From: Marsupella aquatica
Taxonomy: Eukaryota > Plantae > Marchantiophyta
Length of the DNA stretch: 64,000 bases
Assembly: GCA_973895155.1 (NCBI GenBank)
Contig: OZ316896.1
Coordinates: 22,215,722 to 22,279,721, forward strand
Reading direction: 5' to 3'
Shown: positions 48,566 to 60,868 of the stretch, piece by piece
Layout: each line of letters starts with the position of its first letter
Numbering within the stretch: position 1 is the stretch's first letter
Position numbers and translations under genes: made by a program
The notes under the pieces: model-generated
The model's input: only the letters and a program-made list of their open reading frames with translations
Told to the model about the DNA's origin: nothing
Database searches by the model: none

Positions 48566-50716
48566 GCTATCCATGGGCGTGATTATCACCTGGTGCTATA
48601 TGTGGATTCTAATGAATCACCCTTAGGAGTCGAAAGCAATTTGAGTTTGATGAGAATGTGGGTATGAGGGGCCTTTACTAAATATGGATCCTGACCTGGA
48701 AAGGCCTAAATCTACCACAATCATGAAGACATAGCTGAAAATATGTATGCCCAAAATGGGCTAAAGCTCAACTTTAGAATTGGTTTAAGTCATCCTATCA
48801 TCGTCTGCCCTCTAGAGGCCCTCAATTGAGATAATGTTTGTAGAAGTGAATGGGACTTTAGAGCGAGAGGTCCTCATTTTCACAATCAATAGACGTCAAG
48901 CATTTGCTCGCTGTCATAAATACATCATGCCATAGTCTGCAACTTACTCTTATTAGTGAGTCTTCACTCAACCTTCATTGTATTGAGCTGCGTACACGCA
49001 AGAAAGTCCCAAGAAAATGTGTTGTCAGCAAACCATTAAATCCCTCGATTGTTGAGTACGTAGTGGGGAATATTTTCTAGTGTACTTTCTCTGAACAGTT
49101 GAAGACCCGAAAACAACTGATGAAGTGTACTTCTGGACCACCCATTAATGTTTGGCTAAGAGCTTAAGTAAGTGAGCCTATTCAAGACTATCCAAGAGGG
49201 TCCCGGTACTCCACATCAAAATAATAAAGGATATCCTTCCATACAATGATAAACCTTGTTTTTTTTTAAATCAATGATTACATTTCGTATATTATTCGTA
49301 TATTATCACATTTTGATTTATGATTGTGGGATCCAAGAGTATGCATCTACAGTTGATTTGGTCGTACAAAATCTGCCCATCACCACTTTGATGGCTCTGT
49401 CATAAAAAACTCCTGAAGTTTTTCGTGCCACAGAATTCTCTTGGAGATGGTCTTAGAATTTTCGTGCCAAGAGAAGTAGAATGAGAAAACATTTTCACTG
49501 CAAAAATTTAAAAATGGCTACTTGCAAAGTCTGGAGACAGGTTAAAGTAAGTTTGTATTTATCAAAGATAGAGAAACAAGGTATCACTGGGGTACCATCA
49601 TCTCTACCACAAAATTCCTACACTTAATTATTTGAGTATGATGGGTCAAAAGAAAATAAGGACAGGTTTTCAGAAAAACTTTTTGGAAACCAAATAGATA
49701 TAAAGAAAAACATAAAAGCAAGCACTAACACATTATATAGTCATGAGCTTAAGATGGATAGGTTCAGCAGAAAGAAATTACACAATGCGATCTCTTGCAC
49801 AACAACAAATTTAATAAGTGATGGATGTGATTGATAGTGCATTTGCTTTTAGGTCTAGAGACAGTAATGACCATAATAGTAGTTAGGGAGCCATAGTTGC
49901 AGTCTTGGTTAGGTTAGCGGTGTTGCATACTATATACGCAATGAAATGTTTGCTTGTGTGAGGAACTTAGGCTCATTGTTATGGAGCCATTTGAGAGATA
50001 GCAATAATTTGTGCTGTGAAAATTTGGTATGGCCGATGGGCCTAGAGTACAATAAAGCTCTTACTTATTTTTTGCTCATGGATGTAGCCTCATCAAAGAT
50101 GAACCACATGTCTTTTGTGGTTGAGTACTTGTGTTTTGGATGATCACATGTGCATACTGTTGTGAACAGCGTCTTTATTCAACACATGCTACCCTCCTCA
50201 TGTCCTCACCTGGTCCTCAGTTGATCCTCTATTATTATTTGTCCATAGAGTTAGTAGTTTGTTCAATAGACACTCTAGTTACAACACACCTCAGGTGTGA
50301 CTTAAACCACATATGGGTTTTTCCCTTTGCATTTTGGTCCTTCTCTACCTCTTCCCCTGAACACAACACCGGGGCATTGTGTTTCAAAAAAATAAAATTA
50401 GAGTCTCCATAAGAAAAAGTACTATTTATTCAAACACAACATCATTTACAGTGCCCGTGCATTGTGTTAGACTTTGTGTTTGAGATTTGACCCTAAATTA
50501 TTATACATTGAGCACAAACAGTAAAAACTCAATGATCATATGACAAAGCCAATATTCAAACACGCACGCCCATTTTCAAACATAACGCCGGAGGTACACA
50601 ATTCAAATAGAGTGCCCCATGGTCCACTATTCAAATACAAGACCATGCGGTTGTATCGAGGAATGATGATAGTGTATAGGTGTAAATAAAAATAGTGTTC
50701 CAAAGTTGTAAAATAA

Positions 50717-51042
50717 AATTAAACCAATTGGCTTAGGTCAATTGGCTAGGGGATTTGCCTGGAACTGAGACGTCCAAGGTTCAATCCCCCCTCCACACAC
50801 TGGGGCGTGGAGGGTATTTGTGTGTGGGTGGGATGGGTTTTGTGGGTAGTGGATTGGAGTTCTGATTATCTGCTCGGCCCCTGGTCGTCCACTTTGTGGC
50901 CCTGATTTAATCCTCTCTCCTTCCTGGTGCGGGTCCCTGTCGGATCCGTTGGGGCTCACCCTGGTCTGGGTTCCCTACAGAAAAACTGTCATATTGGGAT
51001 GGGGGGAGTCTAATTGTATTTCCTCCCCATTTCCGTTCAAGA
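50717..51042 (+). mobile_element. tRNA-derived SINE (~325 bp) with 16-bp target-site duplication
   Basis: TSD CAAAGTTGTAAAATAA at 50701-50716 and 51043-51058. Pol III A-box-like TGGCTTAGGTCAATTGG (~50729) and B-box GGTTCAATCCC (~50777) at tRNA-like spacing. GC-rich body in an AT-rich context. Confidence 0.82.
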
Positions 51043-51392
51043 CAAAGTTGTAAAATAATATTGGAGCATATTAAAATGTTTCGTGACATCTAGCTTTCAA
51101 AAGTCCATCCAAGTTTTTTGAGCAGAAGGAGATGTAGGGGGGTTTTTCTTGAAGGCGCTAAAGCCACTCACACGGGGAGCTCCTTTTCTGATGGAAGGTA
51201 TTTGAAGTAGTTGAGTGCTTTATCAACAAGGAGAAGGAGACGAAGAGTACGACACAAACTACTTTTTTTGGGCTAGTGAGGTTGAATCTGTCTAGTAATT
51301 TGTATCATCCATTTACAAAATCTACCATGGCAAGCTTACGAGTCATGGATTGGCCAGGATCAGATATTCTATTATCTACAGTTATAAGATCT

Positions 51393-51560
51393 CAATCTAA
51401 AGCTACTCTGAGGGCATATTTGTCTAGAGAATAATCCAGTCTATCTATATCTATAACTATATAAATCTCAATCTAGGCTACTCTAGTACTTAGGGCCTAT
51501 TTGTCCAGAGAAAATTCCAATTTTATAGCTACTCCATGGGCCCATTTGTCTAGATTTGAA
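51393..51560. repeat. Degenerate short tandem repeat (GCTACTC...GG.C.TATTTGTC.AGAG), ~3 copies
   Basis: Unit seen at ~51401, 51477 and 51528. Confidence 0.65.
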
Positions 51561-52585
51561 ACCTCTAGACCTTGACCAAAGGGGCGGCAAAACTAATTGT
51601 GGGAGTGCAGCGGAAAAGAATAGGGATTGGAGCAAGTCATTGATGAATGTGAATAATAGGGATGTTTTGTTTTGTTTTGTTTTGTTTTTGGAAGGTTTAT
51701 GTCTCATTATTGGGGGTCAAGGTGACAATTATTAAAAACAATTGGGGGAAAGGTGAGTAACAAGAGCCTTTCTTGACTGTTTGCAAAAGGCGCATTCTGA
51801 AAAGAAAAACCTTTGTGACCTTGCTGTCTGCTTTAATCAATTTTGTATGAAATGGTTTTGGGCTAAAGTAAAGCCCTTTCAGTATTGTCACATCCATCCC
51901 AAATTTAGATAGCAACTTTGTAAGTTGTGGTGTGAGGTGATCATGGTGGCCCTGATGTAGATGACCATCCATGGTTTCCCTTGAGAGATTCAGAACATTT
52001 GTGATTTCCTTAGTCTTTGACAAAATTTGATGGCTCATAGGAAGGCTCTTCAAAGACGTTGCAAAGAATTCCAAGCACAAAAGTTTCCATTGAAAGATGG
52101 GAAAACAGTTCAAATTGTTTCTTACTGCAAGGCTTCAAAGGTTGGTTAATGGTTCACATTGGGTTCATTGGTGTAAGAGAGACAGAACGGAAGATGGGCT
52201 AAGCAGTACAACTGAGTATCGGGTAAATGAACTGAAAACCTAGTGTAATAGGTCTTTTGCTATTTACATGTAATTCCTGTGACAGAAGTGTAGAATGTAT
52301 TATCAGAGAAAATTTGGATGCTTTGCAATGTTCCATCTGGGTTGCATCAATTCATTGCCCCGTGCAAATGTGTCAAAGCGATTCAAGAAATATTGGAGTC
52401 CATTCAAGAATTGATGATGTTTAGTTGACCTCTCAGGAAAAAGACTACAATTATGTTAAGAAATAAGTTTTTAGGCGGCTCTCTACCCAGCACTACTTCA
52501 TTTTTCTCTCCTGAATGTCCTTTGTGATTTTGTCATTTGTATTTTCTGGAACATAGTGCCCCGGCTAACATCTGGATTAGTTAAA

Positions 52586-52943
52586 TTTTCTACTCTACAT
52601 GGCGCCTCAAGTGGGTGACTTAAATTTGCTATTTTAGTGAGCATAGCAAACCCAGGTCTTATAGTCACCTCTTTGGAAGATTTTTCTCTACTTTTACTAA
52701 AGTTAATAAACATAAAATTTTCTTAGGCCTAATAAGGTCCTACCTGGGAGCATTATGGTCAATAATTTCTACTGTACATAGCCACTTGAGGGGTGACTTA
52801 AATTTGCTATTTTAGTGAGCATAAGGAATCCAGGGCTTATAGTCACCTCTTTGGAATAGTTTTCCCTACTTTACTAAAGTTAATAAACACAAAATTTTCT
52901 TAGGCCTAATAAGGTCCTATCTGGGAGCATTATGGTCAATAAT
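52586..52943. repeat. Tandem duplication, 178-bp unit x2
   Basis: GGGTGACTTAAATTTGCTATTTTAGTGAGCATA...CTGGGAGCATTATGGTCAATAAT starts at 52613 and again at 52791. Confidence 0.95.
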
Positions 52944-54094
52944 GGCACTCAAAACTCGAGGTTTTAGTTTCTCGGGGCATTATATCCTACTACAATGCTT
53001 TATTGTATACGTACAAACATTTTTCCTTTTGTTTTTTTGTGGATCAGATTACTCAAGTACTAATAAGGATGGGCGCCTTGACACACAGTTATGCACTTAT
53101 GCGTGTTGCTCGTGCCTCTCTATCCCAAAGTCCCTGGCGTCAGTAATCAGATGACGCTACGGGACAGGACGGGAAAGTACATACGGGGAGGACGGCAGGT
53201 ACGGTACCACTTGCCCACCGTTACTGTACTCCCCTGATACGATCCGTATTGGAACGGCACAGAGAAGGATGTGCCTCCTTTCTTCCGACGGGCGCCTGCC
53301 ATGTTACCTGCACGGAATCGTGCCGGCAGGTATGTCCCTGTACAGACTCGACGTCAATCGGGAACAGACTGCCGCACCCGGTCAATCACCTCTCGTTACC
53401 GGTTACAGCCTCCTCGCCGAGTTCCTCTAATAATATTATTATAGCCGGTCTCATGTTTATATATCATTAATATTAACGCAATAACGCCGGATTGATTTTC
53501 GATTACTTACCGGCCCGGTCATTCTCGCCGGGTTCCCTGACGCCACCGTCGTCGCCCACTCCAGAGACACCCGAAGGCCACTGGAGCTGCCTATCGATAT
53601 TTCATAAATGTTTCCGCCACGAATCTCGACCGTCTAGCCTCCAAATAGTAACCCTCTAACATCGATTTTTCGTTCTCGAAATTTTCCTGTCCGTGGACTT
53701 CTCTGTCGAGGGAGTCCGTAGGCGAAGATCGCACGGTAGATGCACGTGCACCGTGAAGTTGTCTGGATTTTTCTCCTTGGAAACGAATACAGTAGTAATA
53801 GGAATTGTATGTAACAAGGAAGGAAAAGAGCGTTTTGGTTCCTTCGGTCGGCCCTACCGTCCGATTCGCAGATCGAGGGCTCGCCCTTCTTGTGCAGGGG
53901 AGTATCTTTCCGTTTCTGGCGATTGTAATCACGCACCAATTCCGTGGCGTTAATAATTATTTGCATCTGTCGTTTCCTCTCTTAATACGACAGAATGACG
54001 CTAATATGCCTAGTATGTGGTACTCACCTGACGGGAAAGCGAAACAGGCTCCGACCGTTTTCGTACCGCAATCACAGACGTTGGTCGCCTAAAC

Positions 54095-54545
54095 TACGGT
54101 GGAGCCCACGGTCAGCCACAAGTGGAGCCCACGGATAACTGACCTTTGGTAGAGCCCACAGTCAACAGGTACCTGTAATTTATTTGTTTTCCAACAGCAA
54201 TGATTATCGCATTAGTTAAAGACAGACACAGTACATGCTATATTAATACGTCTAATTACACACTAATTGAAAGAAAGAATTGTACAGTAGAGCTCCGAGT
54301 CACATGTGGCATCGACTCCCGCCACGGCGGCGAAGTGAGGCGACACGACGCCGAGCAGACAGACCGACAATAGTTTCAGGTCGGAGAACTTTTGAGCTTA
54401 CGGTGCTCGCAAAAGAAGTTACAGGGTTGTTATTATTATTACTTTATTAGTGTAGTTCGGTTTACTCTAGTGTTGTTGGAACCGCAGCGTGGGGTGAGAA
54501 GGGACGGGGCACTGTGGTTCGAACCCGTGGTTGAGTATATATCCG
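54095..54545 (+). promoter_or_regulatory. Putative SAUR promoter: three GAGCCCAC copies (site II, TGGGCY on the - strand), CCGACA AuxRE-like site, TATA-like TATATAT
   Basis: GAGCCCAC at ~54102, 54125 and 54152; CCGACA at ~54364; GAGTATATATCC at 54533-54544, followed by a CT-rich leader. Confidence 0.4.
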
Positions 54546-55818
54546 GCCCCGTCGGCCCCTTTCCATCGTCTACAGTGGTGGTGCCGGACAGCTCTCTTCT
54601 TGATCGACTTTTCTGCTGTTGTTCTTCGTCTTCTTCGATTCGGTGGAGTTTTCGAGCTTTGGCTTCTCTCGTCTATCTAGAGTCGTCAGCTCGCGAGTCG
54701 CGAGGCTGCGATCGAGCGATGAGTTGGTGATTATTGTTCGTCACAGACTTCAAAGCGATATTTTCGAATGAGATTCCTGTCATAGGCGCGGAATTTGCGG
54801 CCGTCCAGGAACGAACGAGTAGCCCCTCAAAAGGCGGGGACGAGCTATTCACTTGCTGTGGGGAGAGTCGATGTAGTGTTGTAGTTGAGTAGCTCCTTCG
54901 ATCGCAAGCGAGCTCGACGACGTCGGGGAGAGTTTTCTCCCTGGCTGGCTCTCTCCCTTACTACCTCCCCCTTCGCCGAATGGTGCGTAGTATAGCTCAG
55001 AGTAGGGTATTATCATTTTATTGAACTTTTCAGTAGTAGGTCGCTTTGTCTCGCACCTTGTTGCCTGCAGGCGAATGGAGAAGGATCATTGATATTAGAG
55101 ACGTGATTTGTGCTGGGGATGTTGTGAGCGTGGACGTCGTGATTCGATGCAAGATTGAATGTGGTCGAGGCGGTGTAGCTCCTGATCGGAAAGGAGGCGA
55201 GGAAAGCCATTGAGCTTCTTGCGGCGGGGAGGAGGGAGGGAGACGGTGTTTCAGAGCTCATCGGCCGTTGAGAAGGTGGTTCTTGTCGTAGCAGTTGTCG
55301 TTGGAGACGAAGAGGCATCCGGCTGCGGATAAGGACGATCGATACTGACAGCGATCCCGCTTGTTTGCAAATTGGTCGACACTGATCTGTCTGCGATTGC
55401 ATTGTTTCGGCGTAGCCGAGCAGCTCATGTCATTCATTTTCCACCTCTTGATCTTCCAAGCTGGTAGCATTGGAAGATAGTTTGTTGGGTTCAGATTTTG
55501 GTTCGCCTTCCTACTGGTGACATAAACAAAAGCCTACGGGTCCCTTCGCGGACGGGGATCTTCCTGTCACTACAGCTTGTAAGATTTCAGCTGAGGGTAG
55601 TTTAGTTTGCTGGTCATGTCACAACCGGTAGACACCACCAACTCTAATTGCTCTCGAAGCAGTGGGGTTAGTCGAGCAGTGAAGAGACATCGTTGTGAAG
55701 AGATTTGACATGCAAGGGATTTCGGGTTAAAGAGTAGGGCAGTCTTGACTCGAGCTGATTTCCCACGTGCCCACGGTTAGGCGATCGGTTGCGGGACTGA
55801 GGCCTTCGGTTGGAGCAA

Positions 55819-56451
55819 ATGCCTGGAAAGCCGCTCGACAAAATGTTGAGGAGAGTTCAGAGCATGACGCGCAAAACAGCTTCCCAGGAAAATTTAACTA
55901 GTGATGCCAGCATCACGAATGGCAAAGACTTCAAGAGTGGCAGTAAGAAATTTGGAAGCGGAAGCATGACGCGCAAAACAGCTTCCCATGAAAATTTAAC
56001 CAGTGATGCCAGCATCACGAATGGCAAAGACTTCAAGAGTGGCAGCAAGAGATTTGGAAGCGGGAGAATGATAGGAGTGTTTGCAGTTCTGAAGTCTAGC
56101 GTCCCCAACAGGACGAAGTCGCTCTCCAGACTCGACTCTATTCCAGGCGACATTCCGCAAGGATGCTTGGCCGTGTACGTAGGTCCAGAGAAGAGGCGTT
56201 TTGTGATTAGCACCAAGTACCTTGGCCACCAACTCTTCAAGGCGTTGTTGAAGAAATGTGAAGAGGAATCCGGTTTTCATCACGAGGGAGGCCTCACGAT
56301 TGCTACTTGCGATCCCGTTTTGTTCCAACACTTGATGTGGCTAATCGAAACGAACAACCCAACGGCCAAAACGACTCGGCTGGAAGAACTGATGGACTCC
56401 TATCCTTCTCCACGAGTTCCATTCGTAGGACCACGGTCTCTCAGCGTTTGA
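55819..56451 (+). CDS. SAUR: SAUR (small auxin-up RNA) family protein with a long N-terminal extension, 210 aa, intronless
   Basis: DIPQGCLAVYVGPEKRRFVISTKYLGHQLFKALLKKCEEESGFHHEGGLTIATCDPVLFQHLMWLI is the auxin-inducible SAUR core. First ATG at 55819. Confidence 0.93.
   Translation: MPGKPLDKMLRRVQSMTRKTASQENLTSDASITNGKDFKSGSKKFGSGSMTRKTASHENLTSDASITNGKDFKSGSKRFGSGRMIGVFAVLKSSVPNRTKSLSRLDSIPGDIPQGCLAVYVGPEKRRFVISTKYLGHQLFKALLKKCEEESGFHHEGGLTIATCDPVLFQHLMWLIETNNPTAKTTRLEELMDSYPSPRVPFVGPRSLSV
55861..56064 (+). repeat. In-frame 102-bp (34-aa) tandem duplication inside the SAUR N-terminus
   Basis: SMTRKTAS(Q/H)ENLTSDASITNGKDFKSGSK(K/R)FGSG x2, with copies starting at 55861 and 55963. Confidence 0.97.
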
Positions 56452-57932
56452 CAACGATTCATCAGTCAACAGATTTGGCTTTGGCGGGGATGGGCAGGGA
56501 AGCCATCTTACACGTTGCACATGTGCTTGTGCACCTTCAACAAGTAGTAGACTTGTGTTTGGAGAGGGCGGGCGGGAGAGGAGACCAACCCAACCTATAC
56601 GGTGACCTTTCACAGTGATGTAAATTAGAAAGTTGTTAAGAGTTTTGTAGAAGAATATGAGGCTTTTGGGGCTGCGATTCTGTCACAAGAGCGGATGATG
56701 ATGTATACTAGTTAGTTTAAGACTCCTGGGCGCACATGGGTACGAAACTTGAGCTGAGCAGCAGCTAGCCTGTTCAAGACAAGCATGAGCGAGAGGAAGA
56801 AGATGATCGCCAATGTTCCACCAAGACGCCTCCTGTCGGATTGGTGCGCCCCTTCTAGTATTAAGCATGGCTAGGGGTCTTTCGTTACGTACAGTTGTGT
56901 CGGAGTCCGGACACATATCAACGTCGCACAGCAGATTAACCCATCCACCACTGTAGTTCTGATCGTCATCCATACACAGATGAGCGATGAAGTATCCAGT
57001 TGAACGTATGACACGATAATGTACAACATTTGTGAAATTTTGGTTATCGTCCATGGCCATTAAAATTCACTTGCTGACTCGCTCCCAATATGTACTGTAG
57101 ATGAATGACGTTGTGTTCTCTTTAGTACAATATATGGAATTACGCTCCCTCCATCGGTCGTGGAGAGAATCTCCACTCCGATCCACTTGGTTTCCCTGCC
57201 CATTTCACCCAAAACGTCCGATTCTACGAGAAATTCAGGATAATCATGATATCGGTTAGAGGGAACACGGGGTGCTTTTCTCCAGGTTCTGGTCTTTTGA
57301 GCTTAGATCGCAGGCCGTGATGATGAAGCATTCATGATGGCATGGAGGGACCACTTCCGTCAGGTTCGAATTCTCTTGTCGGACGGTGTTCCAACGTGAA
57401 AGATTCCCTAGTACATCATCTGGGCGTTGCCTCGCTATGGAGTTCAGGCTATTATTGCGTCAATTTTTTGCCCAGGCGCAAATATCACGGCCTCCAGGTC
57501 TCAACGTGCGTCTCCATGGAGCTCTGTCAAAACCCTTGGGCGCTCATCCCCATGGCACGCAGGCAGAGAGACTGGAGGAAAAAGTCATGTGTTATGAACA
57601 GAACTGATTCTCGACCGGTGTGCTCTCCACACCATGGAAAGCACAGGAATTTAAATTTCCAGTAATTGGGATTGCCACGGCGATTCGTAATTTGGTGCAT
57701 TTGTGGGACCACTGTAACCGCCCCACCTACTTATGTCGTTCTGTTTTTACGATTGGACGAGCCCTCTAGCCTTATGGCTAACGCAACGAAATTAGCACAG
57801 TAGTAGATGGTTGCTTTTTGGGTCAGTGACTCCCTGGAATCTACCCAACGAAGAGGGTGCTTTTGTGAGTCAGTGTCTCACTCGAATCCACCCCGCCCAA
57901 CGCCTATGCAGACATCACTCTACAGTTACTAG

Positions 57933-58080
57933 AGAGCAGAGCCGGCTTCATCCAATCTCTAGCCTTGCTCAATCCCCCCAGATCGTCGTATGCTGATATC
58001 AGTTTACAGGTACTTTCCTAAAGAGCAGAGCCGGCCTCATCCAATCCTTGGCCTTGCTCAATCCCCCCAGATCTTCGTTT
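57933..58080. repeat. Tandem duplication, ~90-bp period
   Basis: AGAGCAGAGCCGGC.TCATCCAATC....GCCTTGCTCAATCCCCC(C)AGATC at ~57933 and ~58022. Confidence 0.85.
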
Positions 58081-59239
58081 CGATGTACATTCTCAGTCGA
58101 GTTATAGCATTTCTCAATACCTTTGTTTCCGTAGCTCCGACCAACCACAACCTACTACTCATCCTCGTCGTGTGCTGTCTGAAGATCATTACATTCTCAC
58201 CCCTTTCACATTTGCTCAAGATCCAGGTGGAGCATTTCTCTTCACTTCCTCTCGGTTCCTGGGAATTGTACAACAGCGAATCTTGCTCTCGGCTGGATGA
58301 TCTAAAATGATTTCCAGGTGCCACTGTCTGGCTTCTTGCTTCCAGCAGCTCCGTGCATGGACTTATTTTGTCACGATCGTTCTCTCTGCCTTGGAACTCT
58401 TCCTCCCGATGAACCCATGGTGCCGTCCTAGACTTCGCTTTCGTTCCTCACCTCAAGTACAACATAGAGCCAGGCGATCACCATAATTCTATGGAGTATC
58501 GAAGAAGCTAGGAAGCATAGGTTCTAGATCAGCTGCCGTCAAGACTCTGGCTTCGTTTCTGCACTAGTACGTGGCCTCCCGCATTGGATTCTCCACGTCA
58601 GGGAGGCATAATCAACGCAGTAGGTATCCTACCTTTCTGCGTTCTGATGTCTACCTCTCTCTACAACTCCATGACCTTAAAACACAGTGAAGACCACTCG
58701 AGAATAAAAAGTGAGTTTTAAATATTAGCAAGAGATATGACCAGTCTCAATGTGGTCAAGAAGAAAAGAAAGGAGAGTCCATCAAATCTGCAATAGCCAT
58801 GAACTGAAGTCTCAGAATGATCAACTTCCTAAATCAGTAGATGAAAATGAAGGTAAGAAAACTCCATTAGATTTGCCGAAGAAAAATATAAAACAAAGTC
58901 TGGAAGACCTGAGTTCTCCGAATGGTCCAAGAAATAAAAAATGCCACAAAAGGTCAAAGGCTGGAAAATAAAAAAAACCACGACAAATAGACGAGTGCAC
59001 AGATTCACCCTTCCAAAACTACACTACAACCACACAAAAGCTTTGAGAAAGGTTTCTCGATTGATACCGTATAACGCAGAGGCACAACACAGATGACTCG
59101 TATCTTTTGTTTCCTGCGGTATATTCAATTCGTCTGATTGATGTCACCGTGCCAAAAAAGAAATAACAATAGATTACTCGATCAAAGAAAACTCGGCTAA
59201 CGGCTTCGACAGTTCACACAATTATTCCTCTGCTACAAG

Positions 59240-59966
59240 CCTCTGCCGTACAGTCGTTCCCGGATCTTACACGGATCACACCAAAGAAAGATGTAGATGT
59301 AGCTCGAAATGCAGATATCTCCTCTACGGCAACCTTTTTGCCAAAAGTTTCTGGAGGGGTTACACGGCCTTAACTTGAGTGAAGACTTCCCTCTTACTAG
59401 TGTGATAGGCATTACCCCCTTTGCCAGCATCCCTGCAGAAACTACAGTAGTAGGGGGCCACTGGAGTGATGCAGCTGGTAGGAGGCCTGCTTATGAGATA
59501 TATGACGATGATACTACAGCTTTTCAAGAATTTTATTCGCTTTCGTCTTGTACTGCCTGGATAAGTCTCCCAGAAGGAATCTCGAGACATGGTCGTGCAG
59601 GTACAACCTCCAGAACTACCGGGCAAGGAGAATTCTCTCTCTAGATCTGGATTCAGAGGCAGCCGTGTGAAGCTTTGTTTCAGCCACAGCTTTTTCTTCA
59701 CAGATGTCGTATCGAACAACGAACTGGCCATCTCACACAGTTATTCCTACCAAACGAATCTACAAGATTTAAGGGAGATGACATTTTTCGAGTTCAATGT
59801 ACGGCCACCCATTGCCCCGGCTCTCCATTGTACGGCATGGATGTCGATGGACTTGCTAATTCTCTCTCAGCTGTCACTTCTTGAGGTTGGAGCTCCGGTC
59901 CTTCAGGACCAGTTTGTTCTCGCATGTGAGCAACGTGACGCCTCCTCCTCTATTCGAGCAGATTAA
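59240..59966 (+). pseudogene. Possible decayed F-box-associated/kelch-like beta-propeller gene fragment
   Basis: Motif-like pieces in shifting frames: YLLYGNLFAKSFWR, TVVGG...AYEIYDDDT, LYCL...ILSLDLDSE. The order resembles the V.NP.T..W / E.YDS.T / LY / I..YDL pattern of plant F-box C-termini. No F-box motif recognised. Confidence 0.3.
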
Positions 59967-60460
59967 GCCTTCCCCACTACCTGGTTTTTGGTGGTGGACC
60001 TGTGAGTGAGAGAGGGCCGGCGAGGAGGTTTATGTTTGATGTGGAGTTGGATCTGAGATCTGAGTTCTGACTGTTGAAAACAAGAAACGATGCAAGAGAA
60101 AAGGGGAAAATTGAATGCGATGGAAAAACGACATTGCTTCAGTTGAAGAAATTTGAAAGAAAATTGTCGCATAGCTCGATTAGCTTCGGGCAAAGTAGAT
60201 TAAGATGACGGCCTACAACCAATATATTCAAACTATTTCTTTCCCGACGCGGACGTATTGAGAGACGGGGAAAAAGCATGCGAATCATTACTTTCTTCCC
60301 CGAGGAGTACAGCACTGAGTTTACTTGATGCACGACTGCAGCGTACAGTTTGATTTGATCGGGCTTCGAGCATCGCTAGACAGGTTCTCCATGTTTTTGC
60401 CGGGACACCAATTCTGCAGTTGAGCCATGATTGCACGTAAAATTACCATTCTGGATTGGG

Positions 60461-60519
60461 TTCCGAACGAATACCTCTATCGTGTACTTTCCGAACGAAT
60501 ACCTCTATCGTGTACTTTC
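60461..60519. repeat. 28-bp perfect tandem duplication
   Basis: TTCCGAACGAATACCTCTATCGTGTACT x2. Confidence 0.95.
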
Positions 60520-60770
60520 GGACTGATCCCAAAAAGTGAGCTCACGGAAGCCTGACATGGCTCACGAATTATAATTCATGGTGGTAGCCTTCGCAATTTC
60601 TGCTTTCGTAGGAAATCCAAACTCTTCTCCAGTCACCTATTTAGGGGGGTTTTACAGATTAATTCCTATAATACACATTTGCGCCACTTTTTAAAGTAGT
60701 CGTCATTCAAATTTGCAGGGCACAAAAATTAAAAAATCTGACAAGAGAAGGAATAAAACAAAATTGAATC

Positions 60771-60852
60771 TATTTAGTGTGAAATAAAGGGTGACAAGTT
60801 TTCCAAGCGAATCATATTTAGTGTGAAATAAAGGGTGACAGGTTTTCCAAGC
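60771..60852. repeat. ~45-bp tandem duplication just upstream of the copia LTR
   Basis: TATTTAGTGTGAAATAAAGGGTGACA.GTTTTCCAAGC x2. Confidence 0.92.
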
Positions 60853-60868
60853 AAGAAGTAAAGGGGAA

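Noticed and set aside
50722-50795. Functional tRNA gene
   Set aside because: No convincing acceptor stem or cloverleaf; embedded in a TSD-flanked 325-bp unit, so it is a SINE head.
51697-52170. 138-aa minus-strand ORF
   Set aside because: No start context or domain recognised; cannot support a gene or a named TE.
54880-55480. Possible miR159/319-like precursor (GAGCTCCTTC and CATTCATT-like words)
   Set aside because: No complementary mature-miRNA arm (TTGGA[C/T]TGAAGGGAGCTC) found and no long fold-back.
55857-56331. Antisense ORFs over SAUR
   Set aside because: Explained as shadows of the SAUR frame and its 102-bp duplication.
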